From: a virus
Length of the DNA stretch: 46,193 nucleotides
Strand: one strand, 5' to 3'
IMG/VR virus record: IMGVR_UViG_3300045988_103144
The position numbers and the translations under genes were made by a program. This document shows positions 25,250 through 35,498 of this stretch, in pieces (position 1 is the stretch's first letter; every line of letters starts with the position of its first letter). The notes below the pieces were generated by a model. The model was not told the DNA's origin. It did no database searches and worked only from the letters and a program-made list of their open reading frames with translations.

Positions 25250-26419
25250 TTATTTGATTAATATTACATTGTCGTCTGCATCAACGAATACTGCGCCGTC
25301 GCTGTCTTCCCATGCACACGCCGGGCCAACGTCCTTAACGTCCAAACCATAAACGCCGCCCAAAGTCTGGCTAACCTTTTTGGTCGAAAGCGTCGGTGCC
25401 ATACCATGTGCTATGAGCGAATAGTTAAGCGTTCCTGACTGAGCATTGGTCGCAACATACCAAAGCGGCAATAACTCACGTTCTGGGTTGTCGATTATGC
25501 CGTTAGTGTTCCAAATCTTCGCCGTTGGCGCAATCTCTAACAAACCACTTGGTAGGTTGGTAGGTAGTTCGCCGATGTCATACTCAAATTTTGGGATTCT
25601 ACGGATAAATGCAACTAACTTAGTAGGGGCGTTGTCCGATAGTGTTACGCTGCTTGGGTTTCCGTTCGGGCTATATTTTACCCTGCATCGCAAATAAAGC
25701 TCTGTACCCATGAGGCTACGATTAACGGTACAACTGTTTCCGTCTTCTGTCACCACTACGTCATAGTCTAATGTGGTGTCGCTGCCTACAGCGGTAAACG
25801 TTCCGTCTTCCCTCATTACTTCCCAGACAAACAAACGTTTATTCTCCGGGCACTCATTGGCTCCCAATCTCAATGATGCGTGCACCGTCTGTGTGTCTTG
25901 GTCGCTCAATGGGTTGTAGATAGTTTGGGCGGCTGCGTCCAATACCAGAAGTGGCGTGTATGTTGTGGCATTCTTGCATTGTACTTGTTTTGTACGTTTT
26001 ATGTGGTACACTTGCCCTGTGCGTGGGTCGGCATAATCACAACTAAATACCAAATTAAGTGGTACTTGGGGAACTGCGTTTTTACAGATAGTAATCCGTC
26101 CTGCGTTGTTGCCGCTTCTGACGATTTTAAACGGCGGCTTTTCCGCCGTACTATCGGCTATCTCCACACATTTGCCATTAACGATTTGTTCCCATCTAAC
26201 ATTTGTCAAATCCTTATTAATTTCCCCTGCTGTTAGTACTTCGTCTTTGTCTATTCTACCCACACGTGGTTGTATAATAAGATTTACCAAAGTGTAATCG
26301 GGGGTATATGTATTGGTGTCGGCATCATAATTTTGCGTGTCCGGTACGCTGCCCTCACACACAAAGCTAACATTAATTTTCAATGGCCTAAAATTGAAAT
26401 CAAATCTTTTTGTCTTCAT
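25250..26419 (-). CDS. Tail/baseplate structural protein (by position)
   Basis: 389-aa ORF. Confidence 0.45.
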   Translation of the reverse strand: MKTKRFDFNFRPLKINVSFVCEGSVPDTQNYDADTNTYTPDYTLVNLIIQPRVGRIDKDEVLTAGEINKDLTNVRWEQIVNGKCVEIADSTAEKPPFKIVRSGNNAGRITICKNAVPQVPLNLVFSCDYADPRTGQVYHIKRTKQVQCKNATTYTPLLVLDAAAQTIYNPLSDQDTQTVHASLRLGANECPENKRLFVWEVMREDGTFTAVGSDTTLDYDVVVTEDGNSCTVNRSLMGTELYLRCRVKYSPNGNPSSVTLSDNAPTKLVAFIRRIPKFEYDIGELPTNLPSGLLEIAPTAKIWNTNGIIDNPERELLPLWYVATNAQSGTLNYSLIAHGMAPTLSTKKVSQTLGGVYGLDVKDVGPACAWEDSDGAVFVDADDNVILIK

Positions 26420-26437
26420 AACCGCGCTATGTTTAAA

Positions 26438-28030
26438 TTAATACTCGTAACTAACTGCCTCCGTTGCCACTTCGTTGCCCTCACCATCACGTAAAGTGAC
26501 GGTAGCCGTAAAGCGTATCACCTGGGGCATATATCCGTTAAAGTCCATGTCTTCGGCTGTGAGGTGTAAAGACTTTCCGGTATTAGCGTGGCGCAAACTC
26601 CAAACGTTGTCGCTTGCCGTTCTCTCGTTTCCCTCTGCGTCCTCGCTGTATCTCGTCCACATTACGTCGGCGTCCAAAATATCATCTGTGATATTCATAT
26701 TATACAGGGTCGCCACGATGGTTAGCGTGAGGTCTATTTTGTCCGGGTCTAAGATACTTTCAGGCTCTTGGAAATCTACGGCAAAGTCTGGGTTTCCCTC
26801 GATCATCGCCCAATCGGTATTGTTCCATGCCGGGGCGGTCGTTGTGAGGTTCTTGCAACATCTGTACTTGCAGCCATTAAACCAAACGTCTGATGTCTCA
26901 TACTCTCCGGTGTCCGGGTTGATGGCATCACAATAGTACTTACCGCTTTGCGTCCACGCCCCACGATCCACATACGTAACCAACGGCTTACCAGTCCATT
27001 TGTTAAGTCTGATAACGTCCATTGTGACGATACCCGGTATATACATATAGTCTAAACCATCACGTATTGGCAAAGGGTTGCCGTTATCGTCCAATAACTC
27101 GTACACAAATTCTGGCAAACTGCCGAAAGCTGCACCATAGTTGGCTTTATCCAAAATCGGCTTAGTCACTCCCTTTAGCTTGACGATTCGCCCCTCTGTG
27201 CTCGATAGATACAAACAATCTTGCCGTTTCGTGTCCGTTTGGTTTCCCCATCGTGCAATCTTCATCATCTCGCACGGTGGGTAATTCTTACCGCTTGGTA
27301 CTTCGGTGTCCGGGTACTGCGTCACCTCTATGTAGTTGTTAGCGGTATTAACGCTATTAACTCTAAACCATGCCGTGTAATACTTTCCGCTTCCCTGCGC
27401 CAAAGTATTGATGATACCTTTAAGCACGTTGCTTTCGGCTTGGGCGGTAAAATATCCGTCCCATTTACTTCTCAGGTGCAAACCAAAACAACCATCGCCC
27501 AAATCGTCCACGCTCTCGATTGTGTCCGCTTCCGTTAGAAGTTGATCGCCCTCGATTGCAGACAATCGGTTTACTATCAATTCCAGACACTCAAAGTAAC
27601 TGCGTACTCTCAGGCTTTCCACCTCGGCGTTACCTTGTGCGTCAATACCTGCGCCCTTACCTGCATACAGGGATTTGACAAACTCGCCAAAGTGGGCGCC
27701 GTCCTTGAATACTGCCAAACCGATAGCCGTTAAGCCCTGCTGAAAAGTAATGTGCCCTTGCGCTATGTCGGCGGTAATCTTCGACAAAAAGCGGTCGTTA
27801 ATCGGGCTATCCTCTGCAACGTCTCCGGCTAAATCGGAATAGGCGGCACGGCTCGCATATCCTGCACGGTTTGCATACTCGGATTGCTCGGCGTGTGTCG
27901 CTAAATCGGCTTTGGCTGCGTGCTTGGCTTCCTCGGTCATTTTGCCGATACTTCCATAGCTGCCGCCTCCAGTGGAGGCCCCACCGCTGCCGCTGTTCCT
28001 GGGTTTTGCTATCTGCTTAACTTCGATCAT
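26438..28030 (-). CDS. Tail fibre-like protein
   Basis: 530 aa with a Gly-rich N-terminus followed by helical and beta segments. It overlaps the upstream gene by 4 nt. Confidence 0.45.
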   Translation of the reverse strand: MIEVKQIAKPRNSGSGGASTGGGSYGSIGKMTEEAKHAAKADLATHAEQSEYANRAGYASRAAYSDLAGDVAEDSPINDRFLSKITADIAQGHITFQQGLTAIGLAVFKDGAHFGEFVKSLYAGKGAGIDAQGNAEVESLRVRSYFECLELIVNRLSAIEGDQLLTEADTIESVDDLGDGCFGLHLRSKWDGYFTAQAESNVLKGIINTLAQGSGKYYTAWFRVNSVNTANNYIEVTQYPDTEVPSGKNYPPCEMMKIARWGNQTDTKRQDCLYLSSTEGRIVKLKGVTKPILDKANYGAAFGSLPEFVYELLDDNGNPLPIRDGLDYMYIPGIVTMDVIRLNKWTGKPLVTYVDRGAWTQSGKYYCDAINPDTGEYETSDVWFNGCKYRCCKNLTTTAPAWNNTDWAMIEGNPDFAVDFQEPESILDPDKIDLTLTIVATLYNMNITDDILDADVMWTRYSEDAEGNERTASDNVWSLRHANTGKSLHLTAEDMDFNGYMPQVIRFTATVTLRDGEGNEVATEAVSYEY

Positions 28031-30723
28031 GTGCCAATCTCCTTTAATGTGAGGTCGGCACGTCCCTCAATAAGGTTTCTGCCGATGCCCTGCACGAAAA
28101 ATTCTTTGTTCAAAGCCTCGTGGCGATAATGGTTAAACAGACTGACAACATTATCAATGTCTCTTAGTTTCTGCTCCATTACGATACGTGGCTTATGGTA
28201 TTCAGTATAATAACTATCCACGTAGATTTGTTCGGGCTTCGCCTTAACATTGCCGTTTCGGTCGTACACCTCTAACACTCCGTCCCCGGTTGATATATTC
28301 AGCGGCGTGGATAACTTCACCGTGTTACTAACTCCCAACTGGGCGCACTCCGTGGCGGTTAATGCCGAATTTATCTTAAACTCCAAATCGTCCTTTTTGT
28401 TCACAAAGGTTTCTTTGGTATCGCTCATGTAGATAATATCGTTATCATCATTGCCATTGCTGATTAGTCCGTTATCGCTATAAACTTTAACCTCAAACGA
28501 CTTTATCAGGATGCTACTAACATGAGCTAAAAGCGGTACTGATGAGCTGCTCCACTTCGTATGTCTGAAAAAGGTAGGGTGGCGGCGTGTGATAACGTCC
28601 CATGTAACATTAACCGGACCTAATATCATAAACCTAACCTGCCCACTTATCTTGTCGCCCTTGGTAATCGGTATCGCTATGCCCTCCGCATCAATACCCA
28701 TCTTATAGTCGATGTTGTTTTGGATGCCGAACTCTGTGCCCACCAACTTATCACCTATCTTAGGGTCAAAGCCAATAGTAAAGCATTGCTGATAATATTC
28801 ATCATCGCTTTGGCACTCGCTCCGCTCCTTATATTTCTGCCAAACAAAATCGGTTGTCTGCCCCTCGGTTCCGGCTTCCACTACGCATTTATCACCGATA
28901 ACCAACATACAGGCTAATACGGCCACCTTACTGATTGTGTCGGTACTGTCGCCTACTGCGCTGTACTTAAATTCGTATTCCTCTGGGCCTTCTCCGGTAT
29001 ATGGATAAAAGCCGCTATCTGCGCCCTCATGCCATGATACTTCTTTGTCCGGTGTCTCGGCTTGCCAATACTGACGGGTGTAATACCTGCCATCACCATT
29101 GTTACGGCTTGGTACGGTCTGATGCCATACGTAGATCATGCCCTTTTCTATATCCAGCGGCCATTTCGTCCACTCCTTGTTATGTAGGTTGGTGTACGTG
29201 TTGGTCTGCCTCATTATAGGATTTAAAACAACCTTACCCGACAATACTATATAATTGGTTGTTTCCTCGTCTGGAGGCGAAAAAACGCCCCCTGCCTTGT
29301 TACCAGTATAGACGGCATACGGTATATTTTTCTGTATGTCTGCCACACTCGGGTAGGTCTTGTTTTCGTCATTATCCACGCCATTGCCATTAACCGACAC
29401 TACCAAATAGTTAGTCATGTTCACCTTAGATGTCGGGCTATTATCATCATTGGCCGTGTTCATCTTGACGCTTCCCAACGCCATGATAGCCGCCCCCGGT
29501 GCTTGCCCTAACCAATCAGGCAAAGCGTGTTGTTTTGTGCCCTCGCTGCCGAAATAGTCCACGATGTCTATATCTGTGTTGCCTTTCATCGGAAACACCC
29601 ATTGTTTATTACGCATCACCTGCAAATACCAATCAGTAATAGCACCTGCGCCATACGTTGTTTTTTGGTTGTGGGTCATAGCATAAAAAGCATTATAGGC
29701 GGTCTTTCCCTCTCCGTCGCTTGAATACTCGGTGAGGTACTTTTGCTTATTGATGTATGGGCTAACCAACAAATCATCGTCCAATGGGCTTTCTATCACG
29801 CTTTCGATGTCTTCCACCTTGGCGGTTAATAGAAGTTGGTTATATACGTCGCCTATGCTTATCGTGGTATCGCAATCGGCCACGTTAGCCAAAGCGATTG
29901 TTACGGCTTGCTGCGCCGTTGTCTTGGTGCTGTTTGCTACGATGTCATGCCAAATAATCTTATCGGGTGCCGCCTTGACGGATTCCCACGAAAAGATATA
30001 GAAGTTAAAGCCGTCTTGCACGATATGTAAGTTAAGGTACTTCAAAAGTTCCTCCAACACTTCGTCTTGCTGCCAAACGTCGCTCTCATCGTCACCCAAA
30101 AACAACAAATCAGATATTGAAAGCTGCTTAAACACTTGGTATCGGTTGGCGGTCTGTGCATCAACTGCCTTGCTGCCATCATACCAGAATTTAATATTTT
30201 GGTTGCCCAATATATCCAGTTCATCGGTAACTCCTTGCAGTATCTCGGTGGCAATTTCGTAAAAACTACGCTGCGCCGCTTCTGCCTTGACGAAAGCATA
30301 GATAACGCCCAATGCGCCCACGTTCTTATACTTGCTATACTGCAAAGCACTAAGCGCATCAATGCAATTTAATTCCAGTTCGTCCCATCGATCGTTATAG
30401 GGTTGCGACAAAGTTTGCGGCTCGATGAACCCGGCAAAGATACACGTATCGTTTTTATAGATGTTTACGACTGCATCACGGCATGAGGTACTAAAAAGGT
30501 CTTTAATCAGGTTGCCGCAAAGCAATCTTATTTTAGCCGAATTTCTTAAAAGCACATCGAAAGTGTCGTTTACCTCGTTTTCGATTTCTGCCGGATCCTC
30601 GCTAAAATATACATCTGCCTTTTCTGTACCTATTTCAATAGTCTGCGTGCGATCGTTCCCGGTAACGATGTATACCGTTATCGTATCGCCCTGCTGACTT
30701 AGAAAACTGCCGTGTATATACAT
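28027..30723 (-). CDS. Large tail-tip/baseplate protein (Dit/Tal-position gene)
   Basis: 898-aa ORF immediately downstream of the tape measure gene. Confidence 0.5.
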   Translation of the reverse strand: MYIHGSFLSQQGDTITVYIVTGNDRTQTIEIGTEKADVYFSEDPAEIENEVNDTFDVLLRNSAKIRLLCGNLIKDLFSTSCRDAVVNIYKNDTCIFAGFIEPQTLSQPYNDRWDELELNCIDALSALQYSKYKNVGALGVIYAFVKAEAAQRSFYEIATEILQGVTDELDILGNQNIKFWYDGSKAVDAQTANRYQVFKQLSISDLLFLGDDESDVWQQDEVLEELLKYLNLHIVQDGFNFYIFSWESVKAAPDKIIWHDIVANSTKTTAQQAVTIALANVADCDTTISIGDVYNQLLLTAKVEDIESVIESPLDDDLLVSPYINKQKYLTEYSSDGEGKTAYNAFYAMTHNQKTTYGAGAITDWYLQVMRNKQWVFPMKGNTDIDIVDYFGSEGTKQHALPDWLGQAPGAAIMALGSVKMNTANDDNSPTSKVNMTNYLVVSVNGNGVDNDENKTYPSVADIQKNIPYAVYTGNKAGGVFSPPDEETTNYIVLSGKVVLNPIMRQTNTYTNLHNKEWTKWPLDIEKGMIYVWHQTVPSRNNGDGRYYTRQYWQAETPDKEVSWHEGADSGFYPYTGEGPEEYEFKYSAVGDSTDTISKVAVLACMLVIGDKCVVEAGTEGQTTDFVWQKYKERSECQSDDEYYQQCFTIGFDPKIGDKLVGTEFGIQNNIDYKMGIDAEGIAIPITKGDKISGQVRFMILGPVNVTWDVITRRHPTFFRHTKWSSSSVPLLAHVSSILIKSFEVKVYSDNGLISNGNDDNDIIYMSDTKETFVNKKDDLEFKINSALTATECAQLGVSNTVKLSTPLNISTGDGVLEVYDRNGNVKAKPEQIYVDSYYTEYHKPRIVMEQKLRDIDNVVSLFNHYRHEALNKEFFVQGIGRNLIEGRADLTLKEIGT

Positions 30724-30742
30724 ATTAACTGATTTTTATTTG

Positions 30743-33700
30743 TTACACATTATAGTTCTTGCCGCTCTTCTTCGCCACTCGCTTAACATCTGTAATCATG
30801 TCAAGTAACTTGCGTGCGTTGGCATTCATATTGATGTTTACCTCCGTGGCTGTCGGCTCAATGTCGTTTGTTATGTTCTGCATCGTCACCGGCTGTAATC
30901 TCCGCTCCGTAAAGGTAGGCGGCTGAAACTTGCCGTCGATCATGCCGAACAATCGGGCTTGCTGAAACTTGTTTAGTATCATCTCGCCGCTGTTCACTCG
31001 GGCAAACTTCTTGTCGCCCGATGTAGAAGTACCGCCGATAACACCACCAGTGGCAAATCCCGAAACTGCTGCGAGTGCCGCAATAACTGCCGCCACACCT
31101 GCCGCAATCGCTACCAGGTTCAAAGGAAATGGCATTTTTGCACCGCTCGCCGTGGCATTTGCAACCGCTTCACCGCTCTTGGCTGCCGTGTTGGCTGTAG
31201 CTGCTGCCGCTTCTCCTGCCGTTGCTGCTGCATCGGTAGTGGATGCCGCCGCATGTGCTGAGGTTGCCGCCGTGAGCATGTCGAACAATGCCACAATACC
31301 CTGTATGCCCTCGGCAATGGAAATAAAGCCATTAATAAGCCCCGTTACCTGCTGCCAGGCATCACCGTTGCCCTCCAGTGCATCACTTATGCCCTGAATG
31401 CCGTTGCCTACGCCCTGGATGCTTCCCCAACCGCTTTTGATGTCGCCAAACACCTTGTCAAAACCCTTGCTGTCAAGTTCAATCTTTATAGGCTTCAATC
31501 CGATTTCTGCGAGTTGTCGGTTTATCTCCTCAATCTCTTTCAGTGCCTCGTCCTTGCCAATAATTCCTATCTCGTAGTCGGTTTGTATGCGGCTTGCCTT
31601 ATTCTGGGCGTTGCTGTGGCTCTGTCTCTTGTCGGCTGCACTTCCCTGCACGATGTATGCCGGTTCCGTCTCTGCCTTGATAGATACCTTACCCTTTGTA
31701 GTTTCGTCTATCTGCCGTTGTATGTCGGCTATCTTGGCATCGGCTTTCACCCTTGCATCTATTGTGGTGGCTTCCTCAAACTCCTGCTGTGCGTCGTGCA
31801 ACTGTTCTTGCAGTTCCTCGATGTAGGTTTTGAAATGTACCTCTATCGACTTAACGCCCAACTTTTCAAGCTGCTTGTTAATGTCGGCTATCTGCCTTTC
31901 GGCATCTTCCTTGCCGATAAGTCCTATTTCAAAGTCCTGCTTTATCCGGTCAATGTTGTGTTGTGCATTGGTTCGACTCTGTCGTTTGTCGGCATCGCTT
32001 CCCTGCACAATGTATGTTGGTTCTGTCTCTGCCCCGATAGATACCTTACCCTTTGTAGCTTCGTCTATCTGCCGTTGTATGTCGGCTACCTTTGCATCGG
32101 CTTTTACCCTTGCATCTACGGTCATGGCGTTGCCCATTTCCTTTTGTGCCGCCGCCAACTGCGCCTGTAGTTCCTCTACGTGGGTTTTCGGTTCATCTTT
32201 CTTGTTGTCCTTGATGGTCGTTTTCTTCGGGGTATCCTTGGCGTGTGGGGTAGTCGGTGTACCAGCCGTAATAAAACTACGTGCCGTGTTCAGCCGTGTG
32301 GTGAGCTGCTTTTGTGTGTCACCAATCTGTCGGTTTACGGATTCAATTTCTTTATCTACACTATTAATCTGTGTGTTTCCGGAAACATTCGTACCGTTGT
32401 ACCTCTCCGCTCCAACCTTGGTAAATCTCCACTGCCCATCGCGGCCAACCTTGCCGTAACGATCGCTACGCCAACTTTCGGGCACGATGTCACCCTCTTT
32501 GGCGTGTCTGCCTCCCTGCTTGGCATCGTCGGCAATAGTCTTGGTGATTTTCTGCTTTTTATCAAGCAACTCAATTTGACGCTGATACAAAGCCGTGAGT
32601 TTTGCCGCATACGCTGCCGCCAATGCCCTTTGCTTGAATGCCTCCACCACTGCATCGGTTCTGCGGTTAAATATGTTCTCGGCTTCCGTCACGTTACCGA
32701 TTTTCAGGCGCAATTCATTGAAAGCACTTTGGTTATCCTTTATCCACGCCATTTTCTGCTGCTCTGTGGATAATGCGCGCCAACCTGCTTTCAATTTCTC
32801 ATATTTCGCCATGAGGTCGGCGTATGTGTTCTTTAGCGCACTGTCGTAGGCGGTTTTTATGTCGTCGGCTGCATTACCAAAGCCTTTCATGCTCTCGGCT
32901 GTGTCCTCTGCTTGGGTCTGCGCATCTGCCGACTTTGAGGTAAATGCCGCTATAACCTCAGTAAGCGCAACGATAGCCACGCCAACGCCTGTAGATATTA
33001 ACAAACCCTGTATGGCAAGTTTCAGCGTTGTAGCACTCACCGCCGCACCGCGAAATGAAGCTGTCATTACTTGCACCAAAGCATTCATACGCACCGATGT
33101 AGCGTTCCATACCAGTGAAGCGGCATTCATTGCCATTGTGCGAACCTTGACAATAGCCTGTATCTTTGCAAGATTCTTCAAACCGCTAACCATTGCAGAA
33201 ACGGCAATCACGGTATTGCCAATCTGTGCCGTAATGTTGAGTACCGGCATAATGCCACCCATCGTTGAGGCTATAGCGTCGCCCACTTCTGCAAACTTGT
33301 TTTTGAGTATCTGCAAACTTGCCGCTCCGCTGCTGCTCATAATGGAAAAAGCATCGTCTATAGTTCCGGCACTGCCTTTCATCGCTTCCACGTTTTCATT
33401 AAACTTGGCTGCGAGTTGTCCGGTGAGTGGCCCCAATGCTCTCAGGCTCTCGGCACTGCCGAATAACTTCCCGTAGATTTCCTGCTCCAGCATACCGCTC
33501 TTGCTGGCGTATGCCTTAACGTTCTTATCTAAGTCGGTGAGGAAATTACGCATACCTCCTGCCGCCTTGATAGCTGCTGCATCAAACTCGATGCCCATTT
33601 GCTGTGCCATCTTGCTTGCCTCGCTCGACGGCTTCACCAAAGCGGTAAAGATAGCGGCTAACTGGGTGGAAACTTCTGCCGTGTTACCGCTCACGCCCGT

Positions 33701-34375
33701 AAGCGTTGCAAAGGTCGCCATAAGTTCGTCAATGCTTACACCCAAAGTGGCGGCATTGCTCGTAACTTTCGGTAGGGCTTGTGCAAGCTGCTCGAACGAT
33801 GTTACACCATTCTTGGCCGTGAGCTGTATTTTATCCTGCACATCGCCTGCCTTGTCCCACGACAAACCATAATTCTTGATAATGGTAGATGTAACCTTTA
33901 CAGTCTCGCCCAGATCAGCAATACCGCCCACGGATGCCTTAGCCGATTTCTGCAAAAAGGCTATCCAGTTGTCTTCAGGCACGCCATTGCTGATAACCTG
34001 GTATAATCCGTTAGCGAGTTCGTCACGTACTACCGGAATGCTTTTTGATAACTCGGCTACCTGTCCTTTGAGTCTGGCAAAGTCCTCGCCGCTCTTTCCT
34101 GCCATCGTGTTAGCGGCGTTCATGGCTGCGCTGAAACTGCGGCTTTCCTCGGTAACGCTGTTGAGTGCTCCCGAAATCTGCGAAATGGCATTGGTAACGT
34201 TATTAGCCGCCATTACCGCCTGGTTGAAATTAACCAAAGCCGCGTTTAGTTTTTGGCTGCTCGTCTTGGCAGAATCAAGCACACGGCGCAACTCTTCCGC
34301 TGTAGAAGTAGCTGTAACCAACTGCTCTTTGCCGTCAACAACCAGTTTAACGTTAAATTTTATTTCTTTTGCCAT
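30743..34375 (-). CDS. Tail tape measure protein
   Basis: 1210 aa. It is helical and Ala-rich, with hydrophobic segments and an internal tandem repeat, and sits after the frameshifted chaperones. Confidence 0.85.
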   Translation of the reverse strand: MAKEIKFNVKLVVDGKEQLVTATSTAEELRRVLDSAKTSSQKLNAALVNFNQAVMAANNVTNAISQISGALNSVTEESRSFSAAMNAANTMAGKSGEDFARLKGQVAELSKSIPVVRDELANGLYQVISNGVPEDNWIAFLQKSAKASVGGIADLGETVKVTSTIIKNYGLSWDKAGDVQDKIQLTAKNGVTSFEQLAQALPKVTSNAATLGVSIDELMATFATLTGVSGNTAEVSTQLAAIFTALVKPSSEASKMAQQMGIEFDAAAIKAAGGMRNFLTDLDKNVKAYASKSGMLEQEIYGKLFGSAESLRALGPLTGQLAAKFNENVEAMKGSAGTIDDAFSIMSSSGAASLQILKNKFAEVGDAIASTMGGIMPVLNITAQIGNTVIAVSAMVSGLKNLAKIQAIVKVRTMAMNAASLVWNATSVRMNALVQVMTASFRGAAVSATTLKLAIQGLLISTGVGVAIVALTEVIAAFTSKSADAQTQAEDTAESMKGFGNAADDIKTAYDSALKNTYADLMAKYEKLKAGWRALSTEQQKMAWIKDNQSAFNELRLKIGNVTEAENIFNRRTDAVVEAFKQRALAAAYAAKLTALYQRQIELLDKKQKITKTIADDAKQGGRHAKEGDIVPESWRSDRYGKVGRDGQWRFTKVGAERYNGTNVSGNTQINSVDKEIESVNRQIGDTQKQLTTRLNTARSFITAGTPTTPHAKDTPKKTTIKDNKKDEPKTHVEELQAQLAAAQKEMGNAMTVDARVKADAKVADIQRQIDEATKGKVSIGAETEPTYIVQGSDADKRQSRTNAQHNIDRIKQDFEIGLIGKEDAERQIADINKQLEKLGVKSIEVHFKTYIEELQEQLHDAQQEFEEATTIDARVKADAKIADIQRQIDETTKGKVSIKAETEPAYIVQGSAADKRQSHSNAQNKASRIQTDYEIGIIGKDEALKEIEEINRQLAEIGLKPIKIELDSKGFDKVFGDIKSGWGSIQGVGNGIQGISDALEGNGDAWQQVTGLINGFISIAEGIQGIVALFDMLTAATSAHAAASTTDAAATAGEAAAATANTAAKSGEAVANATASGAKMPFPLNLVAIAAGVAAVIAALAAVSGFATGGVIGGTSTSGDKKFARVNSGEMILNKFQQARLFGMIDGKFQPPTFTERRLQPVTMQNITNDIEPTATEVNINMNANARKLLDMITDVKRVAKKSGKNYNV
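31466..32179 (-). repeat. Tandem 357-bp (119-aa) duplication inside the tape measure gene
   Basis: Peptide units VEELQAQL...ARVKADAKVADIQRQIDEATKGKVSIGAETEPTYIVQGS... and IEELQEQL...ARVKADAKIADIQRQIDETTKGKVSIKAETEPAYIVQGS.... The matching nucleotide string tagataccttaccctttgtag starts at 31681 and 32038. Confidence 0.8.
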
Positions 34376-34385
34376 AATTTCAGCG

Positions 34386-34423
34386 TATAAGTAACTAAGT
34401 AATCAATATTTTTTGTATCTTTG
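34386..34423 (+). promoter_or_regulatory. Promoter-like region of the plus-strand moron (17-mer motif plus TATCTTTG box)
   Basis: The reverse complement of TTACTTAGTTACTTATA lies at 34386-34402. TATCTTTG lies at 34416-34423, 26 nt before the ATG at 34449. Confidence 0.45.
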
Positions 34424-34448
34424 TGGCGTAACATTTAAACTAAGCGTT

Positions 34449-34781
34449 ATGGAAAAGGATTATAAGAACATCAACCGCATGCCAGAAGCCGCAACCAACG
34501 ATGTAGCGAGTAAGCCCGAAAACAAAATCAGGGCAGAACTTGTTAGCGTCGAAGTCGTAGGCGAGGATACGCCGCACAAGCATTCAAGCAAATATGAGGC
34601 TTGGGGCGTAATAGCCTTGTTGTCTCTTGTTGTCTGGGTTATCTGCCTGACGTATTTTGCTTTCAATAACCAATCGGTCAACAGCTTGTTAGCCCTTGGC
34701 GGCTCTACCGCATTGTTTTTCCTGTCTATTGGGCAAATGGTGCTTACAAGTTCCGAAGAACTGAATGGCGAAGCTATTTAG
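34449..34781 (+). CDS. Moron: small two-TM membrane protein, opposite strand within the tail module
   Basis: 110 aa counted from the ATG at 34449, with hydrophobic segments WGVIALLSLVVWVICLTYFAF and LALGGSTALFFLSIGQMVL. Confidence 0.55.
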   Translation: MEKDYKNINRMPEAATNDVASKPENKIRAELVSVEVVGEDTPHKHSSKYEAWGVIALLSLVVWVICLTYFAFNNQSVNSLLALGGSTALFFLSIGQMVLTSSEELNGEAI

Positions 34782-35421
34782 CCGTTTCCCACTTTTTCCA
34801 ACACTTCCTCAAAACGCTTTAACGCATCTTCCTTAGATACTGCCGGGGCTGCTTTCGTATGCTCCGGCTTTTTCTTCTCCCATGGAAAGGGTAGAAGTCC
34901 GTGGGGCGTTAGCCCTTTCTTTGCATACGGCTGTATGGTTATTGCCGCAAGCATACGCATACGTTCCCAACTGTCTTGATACTGCGCCGTCCGCTCCTCG
35001 CTGTACGCCTTGTATATGTGGCTGAACTCCTCGGGTGTGAGGGCACAAAAATCATTGTAGGGCAAACCGATGTTGCCAACGGCTATGCCCAGAATGTCGA
35101 AGATGCCTAACTTTTTTTTTCGCCCTCCGTGTCGGTGTCCTCGGGTGCCTGGTCTGTCGTGGCGTTCACGGTGTCCGTCCACTTGTTGAGGTCTTCAGGC
35201 GTGAGGCTGTCGGCAAAGTCCATAAGCGACATATCGAACTTTACGCCATCGTGCTTACAGGCTGACGCTACGCAACAAAACAGATAGGCGCACATATCCG
35301 ATAGGCTGTTGCCTAACTCCGTCACCTCCTTGCCGGTCTCTTTCTTAAAGCGAAGCATAGCCCCCATAGTCTGCCTACAGGGGTATGCCTTGCCGTTGAT
35401 CATGATTTCAATCTTTGGCAT
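34778..35421 (-). CDS. Tail assembly chaperone GT-like fusion made by a -1 programmed frameshift
   Basis: The ORF 34778..35182 is in the -1 frame and overlaps the end of the G-like ORF. The sense strand reads GGC GAA AAA AAA AGT TAG, and slippage gives ...EKKKLGIFDIL... Confidence 0.6.
35107..35421 (-). CDS. Tail assembly chaperone (gpG-like, zero-frame product)
   Basis: 104 aa located between the major tail and tape measure genes. It ends ...TEGEKKS on an A9 run. Confidence 0.7.
   Translation of the reverse strand: MPKIEIMINGKAYPCRQTMGAMLRFKKETGKEVTELGNSLSDMCAYLFCCVASACKHDGVKFDMSLMDFADSLTPEDLNKWTDTVNATTDQAPEDTDTEGEKKS
35112..35120 (-). promoter_or_regulatory. Slippery A9 tract (A AAA AAA type) for the -1 frameshift
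   Basis: Nine consecutive T on the + strand at 35112-35120. Confidence 0.6.
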
Positions 35422-35498
35422 AAATCAACAATTAACTAATAATTCAACAAATCAAACATTTATCTTAAAAACAATATGGCCTTTGTTCCATGTGGTCG

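Noticed and set aside
30969-33476. Many long plus-strand ORFs inside the tape measure gene (e.g. 31514..32170, 31830..32459, 32859..33476), and similar antisense ORFs inside terL, the primase, polA and others
   Set aside because: These are shadow ORFs on the antisense strand of long, well-supported genes. Their translations are low-complexity and Leu/Ser/Cys-rich, and they have no promoter or start context.
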